Virus record (IMG/VR): IMGVR_UViG_2740891848_000001 | Location: 17,840-81,839 of that record | Length of the DNA stretch: 64,000 nucleotides | DNA from: a virus | Lineage: Duplodnaviria > Caudoviricetes | Direction: 5' to 3' (one strand) | Shown: one piece after another, positions 55,212 through 64,000 of the stretch | Position numbering within the stretch: position 1 is the stretch's first letter | How the letters are laid out: every line of letters begins with the position of its first letter | Notes under the pieces: model-generated | Database searches by the model: none | Seen by the model: only the letters and a program-made list of their open reading frames with translations | What the model was told of the DNA's origin: nothing | Made by a program: the position numbers and the translations under genes

Positions 55212-55621
55212 TGGCACGCACGAGCGACTTCATAGCACGTCTGGGCTTCACGACCTACGCGGTGCTGGTCGTCGCCCTTGCCTGCTTCACGAACAACTGG
55301 GTTGCCACGGTCAGCGACGTGAGCGGTGGAGCGGTCTACACCACGCTGCTGATCGGAGCTGTCGCACTGCTGCTGATCGACATCGTTGTCAACGATCTCA
55401 TGCCCGAGCGGTACGTCTTTCAATGGGGGCTTAGGTGGAGACACTGGGTTTATCCGGTTGTGTCATTCGCCTTTACCTCTTTCCTATTCATCGCTGAACA
55501 AACATACAAGAGCGTCCCCCTTGACGCCTTCGCGGTGTACGGCTCGATGGCCTTCTTTGGTCTTCTGCTGAGCTTCCGCAATCTACTTCTCGAACGGGGT
55601 CGGACGTGCAACAAACAATAA
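55211..55621 (+). CDS. Multi-pass membrane protein (holin/antiholin candidate)
   Basis: Start MARTSDF (TGATG overlap with the endolysin); about 4 hydrophobic segments. Confidence 0.6.
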   Translation: MARTSDFIARLGFTTYAVLVVALACFTNNWVATVSDVSGGAVYTTLLIGAVALLLIDIVVNDLMPERYVFQWGLRWRHWVYPVVSFAFTSFLFIAEQTYKSVPLDAFAVYGSMAFFGLLLSFRNLLLERGRTCNKQ

Positions 55622-56007
55622 GAATCTGGGCGCTTCTGCTCGCGCTCACCTGGTCCGCAGCGGCATACGCGGCCACCCACACGCAAGTGGCCTTCGGGCA
55701 AGACCTCGCCAGCATCCCGGTGCTGGCTTATGCCATCACGATCATCCTGTCGAGCATCGGCGGCGCAGCGTCAACCCTTCAGAAACTGTCTCGTGCGCCG
55801 GATCTCACGCGCTGGAAGCTGGAAGTGTTGAAGGACTCCATGTCTTCCATCACAGCGGGGTTGCTGGTGTTCTTCCTGTGTGAGTCTTTCGAATGGGATT
55901 CGGCGCGTGAGGCGTTCGCTATCACGATCGCCGGCTACGGCAACACGAAGCTGATCGACCTCATGTTCCGCAACTTCGTGCGCTCGCTACCGGAGCCGAA
56001 GCAATGA
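55606..56007 (+). CDS. Putative holin
   Basis: Several hydrophobic segments, basic C-terminus, lysis-cassette position. Confidence 0.6.
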   Translation: MQQTIRIWALLLALTWSAAAYAATHTQVAFGQDLASIPVLAYAITIILSSIGGAASTLQKLSRAPDLTRWKLEVLKDSMSSITAGLLVFFLCESFEWDSAREAFAITIAGYGNTKLIDLMFRNFVRSLPEPKQ

Positions 56008-56534
56008 ACCTGACCTTGATCTCCGCAGTAGTAGCGGCAGCGATTGCCGCCACTGCCTCGTGGTACGTGACCAGCGACCACTACGAGGGTGTCATCGCTA
56101 AGAACAACGCCGACCAAGAACAGGCGCTGTTGTTCAAGCAGCACGAGGCCGACGCGCGTGCCCTCCTCACTCAAACCCAATCGGGCATCGTGATCAACCG
56201 GATCTCGCTCGACTACGAAGGAAAATTGAAAGATGCGGCTACTCAGCACGATCTCGATCTGCGCCTCGTGCGCGATGGCTCTCTCCGCTTGCGTGACGCA
56301 GCCGCGACCTGTGGCAGTCAACCAGCCGCAGGTTCACTTGGCTCCAGCACCAGCGTACCTACTGACTCCGGAGGAGCCGAACTTTCGGTGTCGGCTACTG
56401 AATTTCTTCTCGGCGAAGCCGACCGCGCAGACGGAACAGTGCGGAAGCTCAATTCCTGCATTGCTGTAGTCAAAAGCGACCGAGAAATCCTCGACAAGAT
56501 CCTCAACCAGAATAACGACGCAGGCCAGCAATGA
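56004..56534 (+). CDS. Inner-membrane spanin (Rz-like)
   Basis: N-terminal transmembrane helix, coiled coil, DLRLVRDGSLRLR pattern. Confidence 0.85.
   Translation: MNLTLISAVVAAAIAATASWYVTSDHYEGVIAKNNADQEQALLFKQHEADARALLTQTQSGIVINRISLDYEGKLKDAATQHDLDLRLVRDGSLRLRDAAATCGSQPAAGSLGSSTSVPTDSGGAELSVSATEFLLGEADRADGTVRKLNSCIAVVKSDREILDKILNQNNDAGQQ
56233..56469 (+). CDS. Outer-membrane spanin lipoprotein (Rz1-like), embedded in the +1 frame
   Basis: Lipobox MALSAC, Pro-rich, fully nested within Rz. Confidence 0.8.
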   Translation: MRLLSTISICASCAMALSACVTQPRPVAVNQPQVHLAPAPAYLLTPEEPNFRCRLLNFFSAKPTAQTEQCGSSIPALL

Positions 56535-58279
56535 GTTCAGCAACTCTCCCACTGACCCCGACAAATCCCGACCAGCAGCCGACCGTGGTCGTGATCTCGC
56601 CCATGCTGGCTGCGGCGGGCGGGGCCACGCCTATCCGGATGATCTATGGCACGGGCGCACCGACCGGGACGATCGGCAACGATGGTGATTCGTACATCAA
56701 TGTCGACACCAGCTTCATGTACGGCCCGAAAGCCAACGGCGTCTGGCCTGCTGGTTACAGCCTGAAGGGGCAGAAAGGCGACAAGGGTGACATGGGTGAC
56801 ATCGGGAAGTACCCGATCAACTTCCTGAACGTGGCGCAGGGCCAGCTCGACATCGACTTGAGCGTGCCGGGTAGCGCGTTCTTTGCGACGCTGAACGACC
56901 CGGCAACCAAGATCACGTTCTCGAAGTACGCAACGGACGATCCGACTATCGCCCGCCAGTTCACCCTGGTCCTGAACCAAGGCACGGGTGGCAACAATGT
57001 GACCTCATGGCCTTCGAACATCAACTGGAACTTCAAGGGTACGCCGACGCTGACGACCCAGAAGGGCGGCTACGACGTGATCACGTTCAGCACGTTCGAC
57101 GGCGGCACAACGTACATCGGCCAATACGCGGGGAACATCAACAAGGTAAGCGGTAGCCTACTAGGTGGTCTAAATCTACTGGACGACAACTCGATCAACC
57201 GTGGCGGCTTGCAGGTCATCGACGGCGACATCTGGCTCCTGTCGAATGCTTACTGGGACTCCGTGCAGAAAGAGTTCTACCGCGTCGACATCACCCGGCC
57301 CGCGTTCGGCGTTCAGGTGCAGGGGCAGAACAACATCCCTGGCGAAGACGAACTCGGCTACCACGTGTCGGGCATGAACTTCTGGGCCGCGCAAGTCACT
57401 GGTTACCAGCTCATCCGCAACGGGGGCGACAAGGCCAACGGGCGCTACGCGGGCATCGGCGGCTGGGAGCTGGGCATCATCGTGTCCAGCGAACGGAACC
57501 TGACGGTCGGTGGCATGGGCATCGAGCTGGACGGCAACGGCACCTTTCCCTACGGCCGGGTCATCCACAACACGAGCGGCACGATCTTCGCACGGCGCTC
57601 CACTGGCATGGTCCGCAACATCTATCCGGACTACGGCGGCTACGACGACCCGAAGCAAGGTAGCTGGATGTTCGGCACGATCGAGAACTACGATCCGGCT
57701 GACCCCGACAGGAAGACGATTCCAGGCAGCGAAGGTTGGGTGGTCGAGTACATGCCACCGAACACCCAAGGACCGGCTGACGTGAAGCGGCTGCTGGGTG
57801 TGTATCCGGACGGCCGCATCGTCGCGTACGCATCGCCTGAAAAGGGCGACAACTCGAAGCAACTGGTCACTTCTGAATGGGTGGTCGGCAGCATCGCGAG
57901 CGCCGCGGATCTGATTGCAGGAGATCCACAAGGCCTCGTTGGCGTCCATGAGATGTGGAGCGCCGCGCAGTGGCAGCAGCTCGGCAATCTCGCTGGCAAC
58001 GTCGTAATCGACGGCTCGTTGGGCCTGCGGTTCCACGGGGTCTTGACGGCGGATGTTGTCCTTGACTTTAAGAACGTCAAGAACGGACAGACGATCGAGC
58101 TGGCACTGACCCAAGACGGCGCCGGCAACCATGCTGTGAACTGGGCCGACAAGGTGAAGTTCGTCGGCGCACGCCCGGTAGCGGCGACCGCAGCGAACGC
58201 TGACGCATTGCTGGCCACCGTGGAAGGTTCCTGGGATCCAGCAAACAAGTTGATCGGATCGGGGGGTGCATTCGTATGA
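56531..58279 (+). CDS. Virion fibre/structural protein with a short collagen-like motif and a duplicated domain
   Basis: MYGPKANGVWP..GQKGDKGDMGD; two copies of an ID.S....L.L.Q...G...V.W domain. Confidence 0.65.
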   Translation: MSSATLPLTPTNPDQQPTVVVISPMLAAAGGATPIRMIYGTGAPTGTIGNDGDSYINVDTSFMYGPKANGVWPAGYSLKGQKGDKGDMGDIGKYPINFLNVAQGQLDIDLSVPGSAFFATLNDPATKITFSKYATDDPTIARQFTLVLNQGTGGNNVTSWPSNINWNFKGTPTLTTQKGGYDVITFSTFDGGTTYIGQYAGNINKVSGSLLGGLNLLDDNSINRGGLQVIDGDIWLLSNAYWDSVQKEFYRVDITRPAFGVQVQGQNNIPGEDELGYHVSGMNFWAAQVTGYQLIRNGGDKANGRYAGIGGWELGIIVSSERNLTVGGMGIELDGNGTFPYGRVIHNTSGTIFARRSTGMVRNIYPDYGGYDDPKQGSWMFGTIENYDPADPDRKTIPGSEGWVVEYMPPNTQGPADVKRLLGVYPDGRIVAYASPEKGDNSKQLVTSEWVVGSIASAADLIAGDPQGLVGVHEMWSAAQWQQLGNLAGNVVIDGSLGLRFHGVLTADVVLDFKNVKNGQTIELALTQDGAGNHAVNWADKVKFVGARPVAATAANADALLATVEGSWDPANKLIGSGGAFV

Positions 58280-60312
58280 CCGTCCTCGTCATGCCCCGCC
58301 ACTCCGCGCTCGCCAGCGCCGTTCGCGCCTCCGCGCCGGTAGCGTTGCGAGCAGCATCTACGAGTTACGGCGACCTGCGCTTCTATTGGCAGGACGGCAA
58401 AGACACCAACGTCTTGGCTGACAGCTATCTCGTGGAAGTCATCGCAGCCAACGGTACGACCGTCAAGCGCAGCGAGGTCGTGAGCGGCATCACAAGCTAC
58501 GACTACCCGGTTGAAAAGAGCGTTCCAGACTATGGGTATGCGCCAACCAGCCCCCTCTTCCGCGTCACGCGCTGCAAGCCGGATGGAACACTCATCGGGC
58601 CGGCGAGCGCACTGTTCAACTCAGCAGCGACGCTCGATAACAGCTTCGTGAAGAAGATGATTCTGTTCGCGGGCGACTCGAACAGCGCCGCGCACTTCAT
58701 GAACCTGTCCGGAGCCACACAAGACCTCTGGTCAGCCACGACGTTCCGTCAGCGCTACGCCGCGAACTTCGGGCTGAAGCCGATCGAGGTCATGCCGCTG
58801 TCCGTCGCATGGGGTTCCGCGACGATCGACAAGGCCGCGGCCGACAACTACCCGAAGAACCCGACGAACTACTACTGGGATGTGGATGCGAACAGCGCTG
58901 GCCCACGCGCCACGCAGCTCGTCGCGGCTGTGCAGGCCACCGGCCTGACGCCGGCTGGCATGGTCTGGATTCAGGACACGGACATTCAGGGCTTCGACGA
59001 GCCGAGCATCACGCCGATGCCGACCGTCACGCGCTTCTATTCCGGCCTCACAAGCACGTTCAATTACTTCCGCGCACAGCTCGGCATAGCCAACCTGCCG
59101 ATCTATATCAGCCCGACCGCTGGGGCGTACGTGGGCAATCCTCCGCTGCCCTACGGCGTCGGCGCGTTCGACCAACTCAGCGCTGCTGAGGCACTGATCT
59201 CGTCGGCGCAGTCTGGCAAGACGTACTTCGGCATGGATCTGCCAGCTACCTCAGTCGACGACTTCATTCCGGAGGCCGCGCCGAACCAGGACAACTACGA
59301 GCACTACAAGGCGGCGACGTACCAGCGTGTGGCCACTACGATGGCCGACGCGATGTACAGCGGCACGAACCTCGCCGCTGCTGGCCAGAAGTACGACCCC
59401 GCTGCCCTGCCGGTCTCGCCGATCATCACCTCCGTGGTTCAGGACGGCGACGGCAACATCCACATCCAGTACAAAGACGCCTTGGGCCGGAACCTGTCGA
59501 ACGTCAGCTACACGGTCTCGATCATGGACACGGACGCCGGCAAGGAGGACACCGTGGTCCGCGCGCTCGGATCTTTCACTGGCACCGAGGCGATCTACAT
59601 CGCCGCGCAGAACGTGGCCGACTATGGCTTCACGCCGAGCTACCTCGGCGTGCGTATTGCACAAGTGCTCGGCGGGAAGACAGGCGTCAACTACGACTGG
59701 AACGGCGCGGTTGGCGCGGTCGGTGCAGCGCCAACTGGACTCGCCGCTGCGAAGCAGCCGAACAACGACATCCTCTACACCTGGACGGCTACGGCGGGTG
59801 TTCAGTATCGAGTCACAAGCTACAGCGTCAACAACAATGCGCCGCTGCATCAGTGGTTCGTTACGGGCGTTGGACAGCAGGTGTACACCGCTGCGGACAT
59901 CGTGAAGGACTACGGCTTCGACACGGCGAACTACTACTTCGGTGTGTCCATCGTCGATCCCAACACGGGTATCGTTGGGAAAGCCGCTACGAAGAGCGGC
60001 GCGGCAGTGTCGTGGGCAACGAAGCCTACGAACCTGGCAGCGACTCACACGGCGGCGGGTGGTGACATCACGATCAAGTGGACGGGAGACGCCACGAAGC
60101 AGTGGCAACTGAAGATCAACAAGGGCACCACGACCACTGTAATTCGCACTGTCACCGCTGCCGCCAACTCGTTCGTCTACACGCAAGCAATGCAAACGAC
60201 CGACCAAGGGGCGGCGATCAACACCATCCGGTTCAGTGTCGCGCAATATGACGCCGCGACTGGCGCGACTGGAAGTGCCGGTACGTTCAACGCCGCTGTA
60301 ACCACGGTCTAG
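58276..60312 (+). CDS. SGNH-type esterase flanked by FN3-like repeats (putative virion-associated)
   Basis: FAGDSNS, AWGS, VWIQDTD, DNYEH blocks; four repeats with Y....(x)DYG motifs. Confidence 0.65.
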   Translation: MTVLVMPRHSALASAVRASAPVALRAASTSYGDLRFYWQDGKDTNVLADSYLVEVIAANGTTVKRSEVVSGITSYDYPVEKSVPDYGYAPTSPLFRVTRCKPDGTLIGPASALFNSAATLDNSFVKKMILFAGDSNSAAHFMNLSGATQDLWSATTFRQRYAANFGLKPIEVMPLSVAWGSATIDKAAADNYPKNPTNYYWDVDANSAGPRATQLVAAVQATGLTPAGMVWIQDTDIQGFDEPSITPMPTVTRFYSGLTSTFNYFRAQLGIANLPIYISPTAGAYVGNPPLPYGVGAFDQLSAAEALISSAQSGKTYFGMDLPATSVDDFIPEAAPNQDNYEHYKAATYQRVATTMADAMYSGTNLAAAGQKYDPAALPVSPIITSVVQDGDGNIHIQYKDALGRNLSNVSYTVSIMDTDAGKEDTVVRALGSFTGTEAIYIAAQNVADYGFTPSYLGVRIAQVLGGKTGVNYDWNGAVGAVGAAPTGLAAAKQPNNDILYTWTATAGVQYRVTSYSVNNNAPLHQWFVTGVGQQVYTAADIVKDYGFDTANYYFGVSIVDPNTGIVGKAATKSGAAVSWATKPTNLAATHTAAGGDITIKWTGDATKQWQLKINKGTTTTVIRTVTAAANSFVYTQAMQTTDQGAAINTIRFSVAQYDAATGATGSAGTFNAAVTTV

Positions 60313-60542
60313 AGGAACAGGCGACGAGCGGCTGAACATCCGACATCGCCTGATCGTATAGCTCCACGGCACGCGTATGTCGCAAATGCAATGCTGGCAT
60401 TGTCGTACCCGCAGATCTCAATTCACACTGGTTGCCGCGACCACCGCCCTGCATGCACGGGACTCGTGCGTATGCCATGACACTTGATGAACGCTTTCAC
60501 TTTATTACCGTCGAGATCGGCTAAACGACGTGGTCGCGATTA

Positions 60543-60902
60543 TCAGATGTCATCATCCGAGATAATATCATCTAGGACTTCGTCCACTCGGTAGAGCTTC
60601 TCTTTAACCAAGGTGAAGAGTTCCGAAAAAGACGCGACTGCCTCCTTCGTGCCGATTTCTCTATCGTGGTACTTAACCATATCAACATGTTCCCACTCAC
60701 CGTTCGCTTCCATTCGGCAAAGATCTTCTATACTTTCTGAACCAGGATAATACCAAAGGTAAACCCCGTCATCCCTTTGAACTAGCGACCATTTGTACTT
60801 TCTCTTGTACAAGAAAAAAAATTCATTCTCCCCTCGCGTCACGTCAGATATCAGATCTTGGTGCGCAATCATCGAATTCACGGCCTGAACAATTTTACTC
60901 AT
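60543..60902 (-). CDS. Hypothetical protein (AT-richer cargo)
   Basis: Start MSKIVQ; 8-nt overlap with the upstream gene. Confidence 0.65.
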   Translation of the reverse strand: MSKIVQAVNSMIAHQDLISDVTRGENEFFFLYKRKYKWSLVQRDDGVYLWYYPGSESIEDLCRMEANGEWEHVDMVKYHDREIGTKEAVASFSELFTLVKEKLYRVDEVLDDIISDDDI

Positions 60903-61347
60903 TTTCAATTCCCGCAATTGCTTCAATGTTCACAGTTTGAATATTCTTTAGTTGCTCTCGCATCTCACTCACGATGGACCGTTTAGATGTCTCAGGGAGT
61001 TTCTTCCCACTCGCCAATCGGTCTATTTTCTTTGCCAAATCCGGGATGGAATCCGATAGACGCTTATTTCCCCGTATCTGACCAGAAATTTCGTGAAGGA
61101 TATTTTTTATCTCTGGGATGTCATCGGGCTCATTCGCGTTGTATTCATTCAGTCGCTCTATTTTTTCTTTCAACTCGCCCAAAGTGGTTTGGAATGAATA
61201 ATTGAGCAGCAAATCGACCGCAGCGGAAATTTTCTTCCTATTTTTAAAGAAAGCATATAGAACGACCCCAGAAGCTGCAATCGCGAAAGCATTCGCAATA
61301 TCAGCTAGCACGTCCGATAAGAGTTTGAATAGTTCCATACTTGTCAT
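60895..61347 (-). CDS. Hypothetical protein with an N-terminal transmembrane helix (AT-richer cargo)
   Basis: AFAIAASGVVLYAFF followed by a helical soluble domain. Confidence 0.65.
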   Translation of the reverse strand: MTSMELFKLLSDVLADIANAFAIAASGVVLYAFFKNRKKISAAVDLLLNYSFQTTLGELKEKIERLNEYNANEPDDIPEIKNILHEISGQIRGNKRLSDSIPDLAKKIDRLASGKKLPETSKRSIVSEMREQLKNIQTVNIEAIAGIENE

Positions 61348-61587
61348 GTCATTCTTATGGCGGCTGCGCGCGTTTTGCCAGCGCCCCGTATACTAAGCCT
61401 GTCGCAGCCTTGCGGCCCGGCCGGCTAAGCCCCCAACGCATCCAATTTATTGCGCTTACCTGATCGCATTCGAAACACTATGACACGGACTGGAACTATA
61501 CGATACTTTCATCGTTTCGGTTGCAGATCGTGTCCCGCCACACATACCATAGCGCTCCTGGCCAACCCAATAACCACCGGAGCTACG

Positions 61588-61785
61588 ATGACATCCACCA
61601 CTGTCGCCACGCCGCCCCCGAAGCTTTACCGTATCCACGCCGTGATGCAGCAGCTTGGCATCTCGCGCACCACCGTCTACCGTCTCGTCAATCAGGGCAA
61701 GCTGAAGCTGGTCAAGATCGGCGAACGGTCGAGCGGCATCACCGCAGAAAGCCTGGACGCGCTCGCGGCCGGCAACACGGCCTGA
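61588..61785 (+). CDS. AlpA/excisionase-like HTH protein
   Basis: LYRIHAVMQQLGISRTTVYRLVNQGKL..VKIGERSS. Confidence 0.85.
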   Translation: MTSTTVATPPPKLYRIHAVMQQLGISRTTVYRLVNQGKLKLVKIGERSSGITAESLDALAAGNTA

Positions 61786-61795
61786 ACAATCACGT

Positions 61796-62983
61796 TCAGT
61801 TTTTCTCTATATCTTTGTAGGACTCGTCAATACGCGAGTCCAACGAAGAAAATTCGTCAAAACCGCTATCTTTTACACGATTGAGACTAACCGATAGAGT
61901 GCAATTCAACTCCCTGCCCGATAGAGAAAACAAGGATGTTTCCGTCGTTTCCGGAGGGGACGACTTGGATATAACCTTATTAACGTGTTGATCTATTATA
62001 ACGCCCCCGTTTTGTGGTGGAAAATAGAGAGCAATCCGTTCAGCGCGATAAGTTAACGACTCGCCGTCTGTCGGCAGGTAGGGTTCCGATTTGTAGACGG
62101 CCCGCGAGCGGGCTGGCTTATTCAGTAAGCCTGACAACTTAATGGCAAGCGCTTCCTGTCGTTTACACTCACTTTCAACGCGCGATGACCGGTTTTGCCA
62201 GTCCAAGTCATTCTGTAGCCACTCCTCATAAGGCTTATAGACATCATGTCGAGGCCTCGGACCCGCGCCACCACGCGCAATCGCGTCCAGGCCTTGAAGA
62301 CGCCCACGATCAAAATCGAAGAGAATCTGCATGCTTGTGAATACAATGTCAGGCGTCACTATATCAACAGGCGCCACTACGGTAACTATACCGGACTCCT
62401 CACCTTTCGCATTATTCATAAACAGATCAAAGCTTTTCTGTACAGGAGGGCCGCTGCCTTCAACTGCCTTTTTTAGATCTGAATATTTCAGGTTCCAGTT
62501 TATTTTTACCGGAAAGAAGTCTAGGAGTAAATCCTTATTGAGCGATTCAAGCAAATCCCCCGCATGTGGCTCCACATTCCGGGCCGAATGTGACTCCGCA
62601 TTCCGTGAAGAACCAAGCGAAGGGATTAGTTTGTCTTTAAGGCTGTTGAAAACTTGCAGCTTACACTGCGTCTGATCAGCCAACACCTTGCTGAGATCCG
62701 CTTGTAACACTCCCTGATACTCGCTTGACGTATATTTTCCCGCCACACCAACCCCAAGATCCGCCAGCTTTTTTACGACGCCATTCAGTTGAGCCTTCGC
62801 CTCAGCTGAAACGTCCCAAGCCTCAGTTTTGCCCTCCGCCTTTACGGAGTCACATAGAGAAGAGGCAAATTGCTGAATGACTGCGAGAGCTTGCTGCTGC
62901 TTTGCCAGTTCGTCAGCTCGACAGACCGGTAGCCAAGCCAGAGTAGCGAGGACGAAAACACTCGTTACCGCTTTGAGCTTCAT
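61796..62983 (-). CDS. Secreted/periplasmic hypothetical protein
   Basis: Signal peptide MKLKAVTSVFVLATLAWLPVCRA. Confidence 0.6.
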   Translation of the reverse strand: MKLKAVTSVFVLATLAWLPVCRADELAKQQQALAVIQQFASSLCDSVKAEGKTEAWDVSAEAKAQLNGVVKKLADLGVGVAGKYTSSEYQGVLQADLSKVLADQTQCKLQVFNSLKDKLIPSLGSSRNAESHSARNVEPHAGDLLESLNKDLLLDFFPVKINWNLKYSDLKKAVEGSGPPVQKSFDLFMNNAKGEESGIVTVVAPVDIVTPDIVFTSMQILFDFDRGRLQGLDAIARGGAGPRPRHDVYKPYEEWLQNDLDWQNRSSRVESECKRQEALAIKLSGLLNKPARSRAVYKSEPYLPTDGESLTYRAERIALYFPPQNGGVIIDQHVNKVISKSSPPETTETSLFSLSGRELNCTLSVSLNRVKDSGFDEFSSLDSRIDESYKDIEKN

Positions 62984-63245
62984 GCCGACCTCCTCATTGC
63001 CATCATCTGTGCGGCGGCTCTCGCGCGCTAAATTGGCGGATGCCCTCACGGCGCATTGGCCTTTCGCTGCCAGAATACCACCGCACTACGAGTGGGGACC
63101 GGTCGAGCGGCATCCCCACTGAAAGCCTCGAAGCTCTCGCAGCCGGCAACGTCGCGACCTGACGCACTCCGATCGCAATAGCTCGCGAGCACTCATCCGA
63201 TCAGTGCTCGCTATACTATGGTCAAACCAAATTCCGGGGAAATCC

Positions 63246-63677
63246 ATGTTAAGAGCTGCCGCGATCGGCCTTGTAGCTTTCGCGTTGTCTAATCCCGCAT
63301 TCGCTGAAATTATCAAGCTCTCGTGCCACTTCACCGAGACAACAAGTTTTCCGTCCGGAAATGAACAAAAGAACAGCGGCAAAATTGTCCTACAGGTCGA
63401 AACCGAGAACGGGGTGACGAGGATCAATGGCGATGGCACAAACCTCAGCATCTCTGTGGGAAACTTCAAGGCCGGTCCCGTCATTGACCTTCAGGACGCG
63501 AGTGACGCTGGGAAGTGGGATATAACCAATACCTTCCAGTCTGGCTGGACCAGCGAAGTGGTGATCGACCGAAATACCGGCGACTTCAACTATCACCGAT
63601 TCAAGACCCGCAGTGATGCCTCCAGCGATGCAACCGGGACGTGCGAAAAGGTGAACCTCGCGGCGCGGAAGTTCTAA
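63246..63677 (+). CDS. Secreted hypothetical protein
   Basis: Signal peptide MLRAAAIGLVAFALSNPAFA; a Cys near each end of the mature part. Confidence 0.65.
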   Translation: MLRAAAIGLVAFALSNPAFAEIIKLSCHFTETTSFPSGNEQKNSGKIVLQVETENGVTRINGDGTNLSISVGNFKAGPVIDLQDASDAGKWDITNTFQSGWTSEVVIDRNTGDFNYHRFKTRSDASSDATGTCEKVNLAARKF

Positions 63678-63688
63678 GACGCCGCGAC

Positions 63689-64000
63689 CTAACGCTTCTG
63701 CGGGATCTTAAGTTCAGAACCTGGGGGAACTGCGAGCCTTGGCTTCAGCTCCCCTCTCCTCGTCCTCTCTCCAGCAAACAGATCCCGCATTCTCTCCAGC
63801 GCCACAAGCTGCTCGCCAACCTCTTTCCTCCAGCATCGCTGCACGACCTCTTGGTAGCTCTCCAACTCCTGTACCAGCTCACGTAGCAGCACGACCTCCA
63901 TCACCAGCGTGCGCGCCTCGGCGCACGGATGACGCCGGTACACGTCCCGCAGTTCTTCGATCGAAGGTGGGACGAAAGAAGGCAGGTCGGACTCTGGCAT
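63689..64000 (-). CDS. Hypothetical prophage-type protein (may extend beyond the window)
   Basis: PPSIEELRDVYRRHP...LVMEVVLLR; ATG at the last three bases. Confidence 0.5.
   Translation of the reverse strand: MPESDLPSFVPPSIEELRDVYRRHPCAEARTLVMEVVLLRELVQELESYQEVVQRCWRKEVGEQLVALERMRDLFAGERTRRGELKPRLAVPPGSELKIPQKR

Noticed and set aside
60287-60478. 63-aa minus-strand ORF
   Set aside because: Overlaps the end of the esterase gene and has no clear RBS or recognisable motif.
61588-61785. Prophage attR/integrase module
   Set aside because: Only an AlpA-like gene is present; no integrase, tRNA or att repeat could be identified in the window.

Overview
Nearly the whole window is one siphovirus-type (pro)phage genome segment with GC-rich, betaproteobacterium-like sequence (host assignment is inference). 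No integrase, att site, tRNA, rRNA or CRISPR array is visible. The left arm (1-26943) is mostly minus strand. It holds a partial 5'-3' exonuclease, a putative SSB, an SNF2-like helicase, an HTH regulator, a KTSC protein, an IS21-family element (5705-8335) splitting a small ORF, a lipoprotein, ArdA, a Phd/RelE toxin-antitoxin pair, about 35 small hypothetical ORFs, an HNH-AP2 protein and a prim-pol/D5-like primase-helicase. The right arm (27118-60312) is plus strand. It holds a GpA-type terminase, portal, protease, capsid, neck and tail genes, a 2003-aa tape measure protein with an SLT domain, a lambda-like tail tip, a lysis cassette (GH19 endolysin, holin-like genes, Rz/Rz1) and two further fibre/esterase genes. 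AT-richer cargo and an AlpA-like gene follow. Two candidate undescribed systems stand out. (1) A tail fibre ends in NCNCNCACT fused to a non-splicing Hint domain and is translationally coupled to an unknown protein and a radical SAM/SPASM enzyme, suggesting RiPP-like modification of a virion fibre. (2) An ORF-less small RNA (about 23610-23778) with its own promoter and terminator has two loops, GUGGUGGUG and GGCCAG. These are complementary to CACCACCAC motifs at 13 or more gene starts or leaders and to CUGGCC-loop hairpins in leaders, suggesting a C4-like antisense RNA with a genome-wide regulon. All functional calls come from motif recognition by eye; no database searches were run.
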